Below are positions 38,830 to 52,471 of a DNA stretch of 64,000 nucleotides, one piece after another. The stretch lies in the NCBI GenBank assembly GCA_951406725.2, contig OX597822.1, forward strand, positions 113,336,001-113,400,000. The letters are read 5' to 3'. The notes beneath the pieces are model-generated. The model saw only the letters and a list, made by a program, of their open reading frames with translations, was not told where the DNA came from and did not search any database. The stretch is from Octopus vulgaris (lineage: Eukaryota). Each line of letters starts with the position of its first letter. Position 1 is the first letter of the stretch. The translations under genes were made by a program, and so were the position numbers.

Positions 38830-39180
38830 GCCGCGCTCAGTTTCCACCACAGCTACGGAACCTGGTGCCTGCGTTCTTTACTGTATCCCTCGGGAGATAT
38901 TCAAACACCTCCTTGATGTTGGCCACTGGGTCGGACTTCAGGCTGCAGGCAGAGCGGTTGATATCCTTCTCAACCTCGCCCCGCATATACTAATTCATGA
39001 TATTACAATCGGGAGAATTAGGAGGCCAGAAATTGGGGTTGGTGAAGTCGTTGAAATTCTCCGACAACCACTGTTGACTCTTTCCGGAGGTATGACATGT
39101 AACGGAATCCTGCTGCCACACACAGGGCCTTCCAGCAGCAACTATTTCCAGTCATGGATTGACTACAATCTCCAGTAGCT
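38830..39180 (-). mobile_element. maT (DD37D)-like transposase fragment
   Basis: Manual translation WQQDSVTCHTSGKSQQWLSENFNDFTNPNFWPPNSPDCN. Confidence 0.75.
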
Positions 39181-39706
39181 TCATATAACCGTCTGCATTG
39201 AGCCTAAGACTCTCTCCAGAAATGTCTGGATGAACTCCGGCAGGCTAATACAGTCAGAATGCCCGCTGCTTGTCTTCCTGCTGACCATGGATTCGTGGTC
39301 TCCATTGCAGGTGTCCATATCACGTCTAGCAGTTTCTAGAGTGTTCACAGACCATTGGTCAGTAGTCATGATGACGGCATTTATATACCCGGTCCGAAAT
39401 CTGAAGATGCGTGTTTTAAAAGTAAGCACAGGCGTGGCTGTGTAGTAAGAAGCTTGCTTCTCAACCACATGGTCCCGGGTTCAGTCCCATAGCGTGCCAC
39501 TATAGTCTTCCACTATATATATATATATATCGCTTAAATTTGTTTATGGGAAACGTTTTGAATATGCAAATAAAGCTCCTATTCGATTATGCCGGCCACA
39601 GTTTCATGATGCTGACTGGTGAACCAGTTTTTTGGGGGTTGTATCGAGGATAAATATAGCAATAATAACAATAATCCTGGGATGGAATTTATAAATATTT
39701 TAATGC

Positions 39707-39840
39707 ATTGCTACGCGCGTTTCCACAGATCACATGTCTCTTAAGATCACAGTCTGCACTCCTGAGATGATAACAGTGTAGTGCGTAGTATCCGTGGGCA
39801 TCGGGTAGATCATCTTCGTGGATTCATTTCTTCAGGCGAC
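39707..39840 (-). ncRNA. Candidate type I hammerhead ribozyme with long stem II region
   Basis: Minus strand: gtcgc CTGAAGA ...(~105 nt)... GAAAC gcgc GTA gcaat; palindromic stem III. Confidence 0.5.
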
Positions 39841-40102
39841 GTAACATTAATGGATGTTTCATTGAGGGTTGTTTATCTCTTTTGACCAGTGAAAAGGCTC
39901 TGACCAACCTTTTTATTTCTTTCCCAATCTTACCGACTGAAACCAATGTTTGGCCACTTTTCCAGGTTTCCTCTAACTATGACTGTATCTTATGACTGTA
40001 TCAGCCCGCCACATTGAAATATAATTATTGGGAGAAACACAAAATATTACACAGAAATGGATGAAAGTCTCCTTGTCATTAGCCAGCACAAGGTAACGAA
40101 TG

Positions 40103-40315
40103 AGTTAGTTAGTTAGTTAATTTGGCTCAAAAGCAAATAGCAAGGCCATGTAGGGGGACATGGAGTTAAGTACAGGGTGGTGTTCATGTAAAGAGTTCAG
40201 GCCACTTGAGGTCCAGGGAGGCTTTGAACAAAGCGGTCGTCGGCATCTTCACCATCTCGTCTGGCAGCTTGTTCCACGGATCCGCAACCCGGACGGAGAA
40301 AGCTCCTCTCCTTCG
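40103..40315 (-). mobile_element. Short 3' fragment of the CR1/L2-like LINE at 7950
   Basis: Near-identical to 7960-8165, including the (CTAA)n tail. Confidence 0.9.
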
Positions 40316-41491
40316 TGCCTGCTTCCTGTTAATTATTATATCTCGTTTTCTTCAGCGTTATCACAAAACTTAATTAAATTGAGAATTTCATATCACCCAG
40401 GATCTGCTAACAGGAAACTGATCCCACCTAAGATGTCGCTACCAGCTGATACATGTGCATTCGAGGTTGGATGCAAATGTAAGCTGCTATAACTCTCTTA
40501 TTGGACTAAAAGAATACGAGATTAGCACAACCCTTCATGAAATTTAACTGGCGTGTATAATATACCCACAGAACCGTCCATTGAAAGCATCTCTTTATAT
40601 TAACACACAGTGCCTTTATTTGATACTCCAACACAATTTCCAAAATCATAAGGTATCTATTTAGAATACAAATAAGGAAACAATAAGCCAAGGAGATTAC
40701 CTCTAGCAGTAATAGTGCCTTACTTTTCCCCCACCCAGCGTAGTATTCCCTCTATATTGACTCATAAAGTAAAGTTGTATTAAATTAGTATCAGCTTTTC
40801 CTTGGACCGCCGTTCACATAATTCCACATAGTCCCTTTTGCTTTTTTTTCTTACTTCTTGTAGACAGGTTCTTGCAATCACTAACCTTCTAAATCTAATA
40901 CAGAGAAGGACGTTTTTGTTTTTGTTCTCAGTCATATGAAACTCACAATTTAATGCTATTTAGCGTTTGTGATAATGCGAGGTCACAACAAAACCTGCAT
41001 TACCTTGGTGAGCTAATGAGAGATAAAGCTTCCATCCGACGCCTTGCCACGTTTATGAAATATGAATGAACATTTTATAAACCACAATTCGAACTGTAAG
41101 ACCAGCAGAGGTGATTATAAGACCAAAATTCAGTTTGATTTAAATAGTAACGCTATAACCTTCAACTGAATACACTACAGTATCATTATTCATACATTAC
41201 AGTATCAAGAACTTTTTCATTTGTCCATTATTACTAACATATATGTATATTCATGTGTGTGTGTGTGTGTGTATATGTATGTGTGTTCATGTCTCAACTA
41301 TTTGACTACAGCCATGCTGGAACACTGGCTTGAAGGATTTTTAATCAAACAAATTGACCCCCAGGACTTATTATTTAAAACCCAAGCACTTATTCTATCG
41401 GTCTCTTTTGCCGAATCGCTAGGTTACGGGGACACACCAACACCGGTTGTCAAACGATGATAGGGACAAACACAAATACAAAGACACGCAC

Positions 41492-41550
<59 letters not shown>

Positions 41551-42361
41551 CATACATGCATATATACATTGGTGCCCCAGCATGGCCGCGGCCTTCGGGC
41601 TAAAACATTTTAAAGGATTTAAGGATTTATATATATATATATATGGTAAATAAAAAACGGAAGATACGAGAATTTTTATTATTAATCACGACAACTGTTT
41701 CGACACATGTAGCATCGATCCCTCATGGATGCGACACTTAACAACTGGTTCAAGAGTACCCGGCAGTGCAGATGCATCTTGTAGGGTGATAAATAGACAC
41801 AACTCGTTAAATTAACAGTTCCGCAATGTATCTTCTCATTTCGTAGTAAGAACAGCAAAACAAAGGAAATATCTTCATTTGTCATTTATATTGAAGATCA
41901 AAAATAAAATCACAGATGCAAAGAAGAAACGAACGCGCAATACAGCCAGAAAAGTATTTAAAATAACCGTTAACAGATATGGATGTATACAGAAAACGAA
42001 GAGGAGGGTGGAGATTTATTCACATCTAAAACTTTTTATTAAAACCGCTTTCTACAGCATATATGGCAATGACGAACATATGGTTCCAACTGCAGCAACT
42101 ACATATTGCTCCGTAATCAATTATGTATCCTGGTTGCTGCAATTTTCAAAGTGAACTAATTCAAACAAGCTTCCTACGTTGGTATTCAGTTGAAGGTTAT
42201 GGCGTTACTTTTTAAATCAAACCAAATTTTGGTCTTATAATCACCTCTGCTAGTATTACAGTTTATAAAATGTTCGTTCATATTACAATCAATTACAATT
42301 GATTTGTTTACATTTTGCTGTATGGAGTACATTATTTATTCAAAGGTAATTCACTTGTCTG

Positions 42362-42431
<70 letters not shown>
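42362..42431. repeat. (TCTA)n microsatellite
   Basis: Direct reading. Confidence 0.9.
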
Positions 42432-42433
<2 letters not shown>

Positions 42434-42803
42434 GCTTTCCCCTTTACACCATACATCATGACACTGTGATACACGATCCTTATTGATCTTTTTCTTTTTC
42501 TCTTCCCCTTTTTTCCTCTTTTTCTTCTTTTTTCATTTTTCTTTTCCTTTGTTCCTTTTCCCTTTTTTCTTTTTGTTCTTTTTTCTCTTTAACATCCCTT
42601 TTGATCGAAAACCTACGCCACCCTTTTTTGTTATTCTTTTGGTTTTTTTTTCATCCCCCAAAAGAAAAGTTCTACCTTGTAACTTGTCCCATCTGTGTGC
42701 AGCTCTGTGAGGCCAATAAAGAAACTTATCTATCTATCTATCTATCTATCTAGGTCGTCCCTCAGGACGCCCCAAGTTTATATCCTTAATTAATATTATT
42801 ATT

Positions 42804-43145
42804 ATTACCTCCGCCTTAGCGGTAGTATTGTTTCCAGTCGTGTTTGTTTGTTTGTTTGCTTGTTTGTCTGTGGACAAGATATCTCGAAGAACCGCTGGAT
42901 GGATTCGGATGAAACTTTCGAGAATGTTTGGCCTCGTGACTGGCACGGACTGATTATATTTTGGTATCGATCCGATACCGGACAAGAGTTCTGGTCTATT
43001 TTTCCGTTTTTCTTTTTAATGTTTGGTATTCTCGATTGTGAGAGCAGTCGAACTTATTTCAGATATTTTCATTTTAAAAATCATCTCTGGCTAATCGTTG
43101 AGAGGACGCTGATGTTGCCTTGGCGGAGGTTTGCGCTTTCTGAAA
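42804..43145 (+). mobile_element. Helentron-associated (HINE/DINE-1-like) non-autonomous element
   Basis: Subterminal IR acctccgcc / ggcggaggt; internal (GTTT)n. Confidence 0.55.
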
Positions 43146-43732
43146 TTATTTTAGTATTATTTGCAAAAATATGATTTATTATTATTCTCGTAAATTGTAT
43201 CGAGATTATTTTACACTGGTGGCTGTTGTGATTTCGACGCGAAATGAATTAGTTGCAGCACAGACTTCAAGACGATGGGTTGGGAATCTCTAATCATGGT
43301 AGCGCGTGCTGAAGAAGCTAAGGTTTTATTTTACCAATGCAGAAACCGGTCCACGTGAGTCCAGATACTTAAACGTATGTTAGTAGATTGTCTTAACCTG
43401 ATTTTGCCTCCGTTTGATTTCTGTAATTTTCACCAGTGTATTTTTGGCGATTTAATAAGAGTTTTGACTGTAATTTCAAGCAGGTAGATATACTTACTAT
43501 GTCCTTTGATTAATTTTAATCCCTCGGCTATTTAATGCTATTTTTGGACCTGCTATCGCCTGTGTCATTGATTCTGTTATTATCTTTCAAATAGTTACAT
43601 TAGATAATAATAGAATTAATGACACCTTCACAAATTAATTTTTGGGTATATATATATATATATATATAACGAAAAAAAATGTATCAATGGCCAGCATATC
43701 AAAAAATACTTTCAAAGGTTAAATTTATAAAT

Positions 43733-44141
43733 AACTTATAAAATAAGGGCAAAAGAAAAATTCTAATGCCAAATATGCCGAAAAAAAGACAAAATTGTCA
43801 ATAACCATTATAATTTATGCGTCTCGAAACAAGCCGATAGAAATTTCTAAAAAATCCGTTATTACCGTATTGGTCCCAATTTCGGGGTTAATTCATAAGA
43901 ATTTTCCCCTCGTTCAGCGATAAATACGTAAGACATAAATGAAATACTTACTCATACCCATGGAAAAAGCAAGCTAAGTGCATTAACCCCGAAATTGGGA
44001 CCAATACGGTAATAACGGATTTTTTAGAAATTTCTATCGGCTTGTTTTGAGACGCATAAACTATAATGGTTATTGACAATTTTGTCTTTTTTGCGGCATA
44101 TTTGGCATTAGAATTTTTCTTTTGCCCTTATTTTATAAGTT
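43733..44141. repeat. Long inverted repeat (~160-bp arms) overlapping a hammerhead-like motif
   Basis: 43733-43892 is the near reverse complement of 43982-44141. Confidence 0.88.
43861..43925 (-). ncRNA. Candidate type I hammerhead ribozyme
   Basis: Minus strand: ttatcg CTGAaCGA gggg..cccc GAAA ttg ggac caa TA cggtaa; one extra nt in the core. Confidence 0.55.
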
Positions 44142-44155
44142 TTATATATATATAT

Positions 44156-44468
44156 TGTTATATTTCAGGATGGTCTTTTTCTTTTTTACCAAATAAACAC
44201 ACGCACTATATATCCATGCTTCAATCGTTTATTACTGTACTTAACTGATGTCCGTTGTCCGAAAATCTTTTGTTACACACCTGTCGTCATGTATACTCCT
44301 GTCTCGCTTAGTCCAATGGAAAGTGTCACTGAGATGGTGACAGATGTGTGATGAAAGATTTCCGGACAATGGACATCAGTTACGATAAGAACAGTAATAA
44401 ACGAGTGAAGAACGAGTATATAATACGCGTGTTTAAATAAAAAAAAATGACCGTCCCAAAATATAACA
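44156..44468. mobile_element. Fold-back MITE with TGT..ACA ends
   Basis: Imperfect long TIRs tgttatatttcaggatggtc / gaccgtcccaaaatataaca extending inward. Confidence 0.7.
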
Positions 44469-44519
44469 TGTTTCAATACACAGTTTCGCATCAGGAATCT
44501 TGCAACACAAATTCATAAA

Positions 44520-44559
<40 letters not shown>

Positions 44560-46076
44560 ATAATAATAATATTTATATCGGGCAAAAAAATCAGACGAAT
44601 TTGAAAAATGTGCGATAAACGTTAAACCATATCGATTCGCGTTATAAAAATGCAAAAATAATTGTTTTAAATTCTTAATATTGTGGCCATTTGGGGCATA
44701 TTTTCGCTTTCCAAATTAGAAAAATCTTTACAGCGATACTATATTCTCTTAATAACAGATTCAGACTTAGAGAAGAAAGATGTCTAGAATCGTATGTGAT
44801 ATAGTTTTCCTTTAACTCCACAAACACCCCTTTTGTTCTTTTTTATTTCTAGACTGATCTGTTGTTACGTCATGCTAACCTAACTTGTGCAAGTTAACGT
44901 TTGAAGCTATGAAGAAGCGAAACAAAAGAAGTTGGTGACCTCCTGCTTAGTCTGGGTGACGTTAAACCTCAAGAGATCAGACGTTTCGAATTCCCTTTCA
45001 AGTTCTGCAAGAGTTTTGGAGCAATATTATACATGAAAGTTAAATGAAAAGAAGTAGGCGTCAGCACAAGTATCTAGCATCGTCTAGTTGACCTCATTTT
45101 TACGGGACAGTTGTGCTGTGCATATCATCACATACAACAGTGTTAGTTCTCTCATGAGTCGAAGCTTGCTACACCATAGACCTGAGAGATAGGGATGGGA
45201 CTGTATGAAGCGTAGAACGTACACTTGATACTTCAACAACGCAGGTGTTAGGTAAAAAAAAGAAAATGAGAAGAAAATCCAAAGAAATCTAATCATTAGA
45301 GGTTAAGGTCTAATCTAGGAAATTAAGAATTCTTTAGTTCCAACATAATTAGAATTTGCATTTTAAGCTTTACTTCTAGATCAGTTTGTAAAAGAAAAAT
45401 CTACTTTGGGAAGGGAAGTGGATCGTCGAGAAAAATTTATAGCAAGAAAAGCTAAAACATAACAAAACAATGAGCATAAAATTATATTAAAACCAAAAGT
45501 CAGTATAAGAAACGAAAAGACATTAAAATCTACTGATTAAATTTTTTTTTCTTTCTTTCAATGGATGGAAAAAGTAAATGGCTATGAGTGACTTCAAGTT
45601 ACAGAAGTATTAAACAAAGTCCAAAGTCATTTAATTCCAAGTCAACTTTGAAATATAAACAAAGCCGAAAAAAAAGTAAATAAAATAAAATAATATTAAT
45701 AAAAAGAATGGAATGTGAGGTGGGATTTATACTTCACGAGACAACATAAAATCATGATTCTCGGACGTATTTCGAAAAGAGGTTCGTTAATTTTGGTCTG
45801 AATTTCTGAGAGAAGAAATAATAATTATAATATAAGAGTAATTTAATAGCAGAAGTGTTAGAGAGTCGGATGAAGTACTTCACTGTATTTATTCTGGCTC
45901 TTTACGTTTTGAGTTCAATTCCCGCCAAGATCCACATTGCCTGTCATCTTTCCAGTTTCTATAAAAAGTAGTACTTGTTATTTGGGTTCGATTTAAAGAA
46001 TTAATCCCCACCTACCCACACACCCCAAATTTCTAGCCTCGTCTCTTGTTAGAAAGAATGAATGTATACTGATATA

Positions 46077-46440
46077 AAGGCAGCGGGCTGGCAGAATCGT
46101 TAGCACGCCGGGCAAAATGCTTAGCAACATTTCGTCCGTCTTCCCATTCTGAGTTCAAATTCCGCCGATTTCGACTTTGCCTTTCATTCTTTCAGGGTCG
46201 ATGAAATTAATACCAGTTGAGCACTAGCATCAAAGTAATCGACTTAACCCCTCCCTGGAAATCACAGGCCTGGTGCTAAAATTTGAAACCAATATTAATC
46301 TATTGCTCAAATGCCGCCGGGGGGTTGACTTTGCCTTTCATCCTTTCCGGGTCGATAAAATTAGTACCAGTTGAGCACTTGGATCAATGTAATCGACTTA
46401 TTCTCGCCACCTCCGAAATTGCTGGTCTTGAAGCCAATAC
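46077..46440 (+). mobile_element. SINE family B, one full and one partial copy
   Basis: aaggcagcgggctggcagaatcgttagcacgccgggc.. Confidence 0.8.
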
Positions 46441-46719
46441 ATACCAATGTATTCGAACAAGTATCCTCTAAAACAATATTTCAGCTGCTGTACTCTGTTC
46501 AGCCTTCAAGTGTCTGCAGATTTTGCTAACATTCTTGGAATTTGGAACCGAAAATTTTTGAAGAATCGAGGAGAGATTTTCTCATTTCGTTGTTCTATTA
46601 GTTAATTTACTACATGCGGATGTCATTTGCTCGCCCCGCTTGAACCGGAATATACATTCTTTGACTAGACCAAAAAATTTAACTCACAACCTAACAGGAA
46701 AAGCGCAATGTACTTTATC

Positions 46720-47160
46720 TTTTACTTTTTGGTCATTGGCATGCGGTCATACTGGGGTACCACTTGACAGTATATCAAATCGACCTTAGTATTTACTTCT
46801 TAAAGCCTAGTGCTTATTCTGTCGGTTTCTTAGCCCGAACCGCTAGGTTACTGGGGTGTAAAGAAACCGATACCGATTGCCAAGCGGGGACGGGATACAG
46901 AGAAAAACATAAAGACACACATACACACATATACATTTATACACACATATACATTTATACACACATATACATTTATACACACATATACATTTATACACAC
47001 ATATACATTTATACACACATATATACGACGGGCTTCTTTCGGTATCTGTCTACCAGATATACTAGCAAGGCTGTGATCCGCCCGGGGCTAAAGTAAAAGA
47101 CACTTAACCAAGATGCCACGCAATGGGACAGAACTCCAAACCATGGGGTTGGGAAGAAGA
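46720..47160 (-). mobile_element. Degenerate SINE family C with an internal 18-bp tandem array
   Basis: Reverse-complement matches to family C; (acacacatatacatttat)n at ~46925-47020. Confidence 0.6.
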
Positions 47161-47794
47161 CATTTTACCAGAAATCTTCAACTGTACCTTTACTTCACAC
47201 TTGGCACGTAATCAACTTAATCACTTCACCATTCCATTGCCCCGTAAAAATACTGATTATAAGAGTAGCTTACGTGTGAAGTGTTACGTTTTATTTAGTC
47301 AGACGTGAGTTCAAACCTGAGTTAGTCAATACATACATGTACATTCATACGTGCGCGCGCGTAAACATACACATGGACACATGTGTATATGTATGTATAG
47401 TGTTCAAATTTACAGAAAACAAAGGACGAAGACAGGTGTTGGAACAACAAGCAGGTGTATTAGTTTAACGTTCGGGGATGATGGAAAAGTCTTTTACGAT
47501 TCGAGCCTACGCCTTTCGACAAAAAGGATTAAGAGGAAAAAGAAAGGAAGGAGATTGAAAAATAAACGGAGAGAGAAAAGATTTTTTGTAGGGATTAACT
47601 AACGGATCAACATTACGAAATAGGCAGATGGCTGAATGAAAGCTATATATATATATATATATATTACCAATATTACATACTTTTTGACTGTAGTATATCA
47701 TCAAGAGAAGTCCTTTTAAAGACGTAGAGTGTTAAAAAAAGAAGGAAAAAAACTAGACCGTATAGCTCAAAGCTTGACGGTCCGAAGTAATACC

Positions 47795-48005
47795 TATTTC
47801 TTTACTACCCACAAGGGGCTAAACACAGAGAGGACAAACAACGACAGACAAACGGATTAAGTCGATTATGTCGACCCCAATGCGTAACTGGTACTTATTT
47901 AATCGACCCCAAAAGTCGACCTCGGCGGAATTTGAACTCAGAACGTAACGGCAGACGAAATACGGCTACACATTTCGCCCGGCGTGCTAACGTTTCTGCC
48001 AGCTC
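47795..48005 (-). mobile_element. SINE family B
   Basis: Reverse complement of family B. Confidence 0.82.
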
Positions 48006-48599
48006 AAGTAATACCGGTAACGTAAAGTCTATGTGTTGCTGTGCAACAACGCCCCGCAAGTAAAACAAAACACATTTTTAGTTAGGAGCAACTCTATAAT
48101 CTAAACATTATCGATGGTACATCCTTATTGTCTGTATGCTTAAACGGTTTTTGGCTGTGGTATTTCGTTTAGGGTAAGTCCCTTTGAAGAGATAGTGTTA
48201 AAAACACACATTACTATTACTTCAAAGCCAAGGAAATCGAAACTCCCCGAAGGGAAACAGGAACGACAGATATCGATATTTTGCCATTACTTCAGTTCAT
48301 CGGTGCCGTGTATATGATTCACTCTGAGATGGGATCAAATAGTTCTTCATAAATTGACTTAGAAGCACTTCTGCGTATCTGTGGCTATACAGATTATTCT
48401 GAAAGAAAGTATTCCAGATGATTCCAGTTATATATTGGTTTCAGATATCTTAGAAATCTTTATATCAAATGTATATATGATACGGCGCATCTTTAAGTAA
48501 ACAAATACGGATGGATAGTTTAAGACAACACAACATGCGTTTTAATAGCGTGGTTTATTCCCAAATACGAAGTCTGTATAGGATTGCATTGCATAATTC

Positions 48600-50637
48600 G
48601 CATTATTACATAACTACTTAATTTCATCAGGTGACATTCTGCAAAATATTTCGGTGAATATGACTAGACGTAAAAATTTGAGTGTAGACCAAAAATCTAA
48701 ATTATCGAAAAGGTTATTGGAATTAGATGAAGAATGAGAAGAAAATAGTAGTGATTCCTTCTATTGCTCTGAAGATGATGGTGAAAGTGGTTTGTGCTGG
48801 ACAGTTTAGGTTCTGCGTCATCAGATGATGAAAATACTCAAAAACAAATATGTGCAAGCCATCCAGTTATGAATGAGCAATATGTTTCTAGAGACAGACA
48901 CGAAGTTTGGCATTCTAATCCTCTTACTCAAGCAGCAGTAAGAACTTCATTTGGCAATACTGTGCGCCAAGAATGTGGACCATCCCATTTTGCTAAAAGG
49001 TCTTGCGATAGCAATGAAACATGTTTTACTATCTTTATGCACCAGAATCTTCTTGAAGTAATTCGTAAATGGAAAAATGTTGTAGGTCAGATTGTTTATA
49101 AAATATAAATGGAAGGAAATTGATCACTCTGAAGTAAAGAAATTTATTGGACTGATTATTCTTATAGGTGTTTATAAATCTAAACATGAAAATGTCACAC
49201 AGTTATGGAGTCAAGAAGATGGCCGTCCAATATTTAACAAAATTATGAGCCGGGGAAGATTTCAACAGATTTTACAAATAATACATTTTGATGATGTTAG
49301 TGCAAGAAGAAAAAAGAGAAGTGATGATAAGTTGGAGTCCATAAGAGAAGTATTTGAAATGTAGAATCAGAATTTGAAAGATGGATATGCTCCAAGTTCA
49401 TGCATGACAGTTGATGAGCAGTTAGTTTCATTCGGAGGGCGCTGCCCATTCCGGGTATATATTCCTTCAAAACCAGGGAAATATGGAATTAAAATTTGAG
49501 CAATATGCGACAGTGAAACATCTTATACCTGGAAAATGCAAATCTACACTGGAAAACACCCAGTAAAAGGGAGAGAGACAAATCAAGGTTCAAAAGTTGT
49601 TGAAGACCTAGGAAAAGAACTTAAAAATACTGATTGCAATATAACTTGTGACAATATTTTACAAGTCTAGGATTGGCTTGAAAGATGATAAGCAAGAAAA
49701 CTGTTTTAGTTGGAAGAATGAGAAAGAACAGAGTTGAACTTCCAAGTACTTTCGCAAATGGAAAAGAAAGAGAAATCAACAGCACAATATTTGGATTTCC
49801 AGAGGATTCTATGATCCTATCTTATTGTCCCAGAAAAATGATGTAGTCACTCTTATGAGTACAATTCACTCTCAGCCTTCAATTGATTTTAAAAGTGCTG
49901 AAAAAAACCTTGAAGTTATTACATGTTACAGCAAAGCAAAAGGAGGAATAAATACCCTAGACAAGATAGTAAGGACATACGCTTGCTGAAGAATGATTCG
50001 AAGATGGCCTATGGTTATATTCTAGATGATTGATATAAGAGCAGTGAATGCTTTCATTTTTTCTAAACAGTTTCACTTGCAAAGTTTCAAGGATAAAAGA
50101 AGACAATGCCTAATTCAGTTAGGAAAGGAACTTGTTGGAGTTAATGCTAAACAAGAACATGACAAACAATCTTCTAGTTCCGATAACATTCTTCAACCAA
50201 ACAAGAAAAGAAGACGATCTTCACTCTCATTTGAGATTCCTCAGCCAAAGAAAAAAGGAAGATGTTTTTTTGTGTGGCCCCCAAAAAGACAGGGAAAACT
50301 CGTACTACATGTAAGAATTGTAATATCCATGTTTGCCAAGAACATTCCAATGTTGTCTGCATTCACTGCCAGGAAGAGCTGTAATTCTGTATTTTTGTAA
50401 TTTTGAAATTTATAATATATTCTGTCAGCTATATTTCTTTTGTTGTATTTAGGAATGGTCATATATTTCTTTTATTAAAATTAGTGAGAAAAAGTAATTC
50501 TTCATTCACCTGATAGCATATATGATGTAGCTAAAAAGTAATGGTAGTTTCAATAAAATTAAATAAAAAGAAAAATATTGAATCCTTTGGATCCAGTTGG
50601 TAATTAATGACACACATTCTCTCTGGTAGACCAAGGG
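48600..50637 (+). mobile_element. Degenerate piggyBac (PGBD4-like) transposon
   Basis: FIGLIILIGV..LWS..RPIF..MSRGRF..HFDD; TVDEQLV.F.GRCPF.VYIPSKPGKYGIKI; Cys-rich C-terminus; right end agGG|TTAA at 50637/50638; left end not identified. Confidence 0.88.
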
Positions 50638-51355
50638 TTAATTTATTAAAATGTTTCAGCAAATCAGTATGTTGTGAACTAAGACGGCATGTCTTTTTTT
50701 TTAAACTATATTTTGTGGTGATGAAGGAAGTGAGCTGTGTTCTCTAATAGTGTATTGCATGAATCTTAAAGTTTACCATCCTTTTAAAATAAATATCTAA
50801 GAGGATGTAAGGTACGCTTAAACTTTTTTTTTTTTTTTTGCTTAAACGATGCTGTAGAATAAAAGTGGTGTGATAAAATCAAGGCATACTTTCAGAATAA
50901 GGAAAGAATTGTTCTGAAGATGTAACATATGTGCGGCAAAATAGAAAATAGTGGAGCACACATATCTTGAAATTTATGGAAATGGGGCTGATGGCATCAG
51001 TTTATACCTCGAATAATATAGACCAACTGATAAAAACTGACAAAAAAGTGTTCTTCCTCTTTTCTTAGAACCCCCATGGCTACGCTGTCAGTTAGGGAGC
51101 TAAACTAGATACCGCAGCTACAAATCGTAAACAAACACCCTCGTAGACACACGTTGCAGTAGCGCCTCTTGTCAAATAATTTCAACAATACGAATCCCTC
51201 GGCAACTCCTCTCCCTGATATTACCGTAGCCCCCCACAAACACGTAACGCGGAAAGGAGTCAACAATATACAAAAAGACAAAAGATTTTACAAGGTCGCA
51301 AGATTACTGGAGAAGCCAAGCACGCACTGTGCGTGAGTTTGTGTGTGTGTGTGTA

Positions 51356-51391
<36 letters not shown>

Positions 51392-52471
51392 GTCTGCCTG
51401 CTTGTCTGCTTGTCCGCCCTATCTATATAGTTTGTTTTGCAAAGACCACCCACTACGCTGCTGTGTAGAGTAGAGCGGTGCGGAGTGCAAATGCTACCGC
51501 ACAGTTTTACAAACACAAAGTGAAGCAAAATAAATAGAAGACAAGCTTCTTATATTTACATATATACATTCCATGGTATAGCACATTTTTTTTACAGCTG
51601 CTTCTATTGGTAAAGGCTATGCGGAGAGCCAGGTGGGACTCATCCCATAAAGGTTGGAGAAGTGGATCTAGGTGGCGATTAAAGTGTACTTGCTTTAACG
51701 AGTTCATACCTGACACCTGGCAAATATAGAAAGAGATGCAACAACACACGCATTTATCCACCCGTATAGTGACGACAATTCTAATGTGTGTAGGTGTGTT
51801 AGGTGTGTGTGTGAGCGCGTGCATGAGTCCGTGCGTGCAATCACATTTATTCATTAAAAGAAAACACACATCCAACCGATACACACGCGTACACAAACAT
51901 ACATCCACTCGTATAGTGATGACAATTTCAATGTGTGCGTATGTGTGTGTGAGTGTGTGTGAGTGTGTGTGTGTAATTGCAATCATATTTATTCATTAAA
52001 AAAAAATCATCCAACCGAACACATAGTTTAATGAGTGTACATAGGTCTAATCAAATGCAGCTCTTATAATGGGTTCAATAACTCCTCAGTTGTAACCTAT
52101 TTGTGATGTTCCTACGTTATCTGTACAGGCCAGTTGAGCCGAGATGAATAAAGTATGAAACGAACCCCTTCAAAGTCAGCCGTTACAATTACTGTCGAAG
52201 AAAAGAAAGATTGTAGCTGAAGTGTGTTTGTGATTGAATATTGATCTCTTCCAAAAATCGCCTTCGTTTGTATATTTCTTTTTTATTCGTTAATAAGATT
52301 TGCCGTATTTATCTATTGGTGTTTAGTATATGAATAAGTTGAATTATGTAAAGAATAAGTCAATATTGCATTTCAATAATGATATATATTTTGTAGTTAA
52401 AATTTCAAGAAATTTAGCTCTTAATTCATTTATAGGTGAGGGGTACTTCATTGTATATTGTAGGAAATATT

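Noticed and set aside
44975-45008. Minus-strand GAAACGTC hammerhead half (similar at ~30767)
   Set aside because: No CUGANGA core or stems; too short to support
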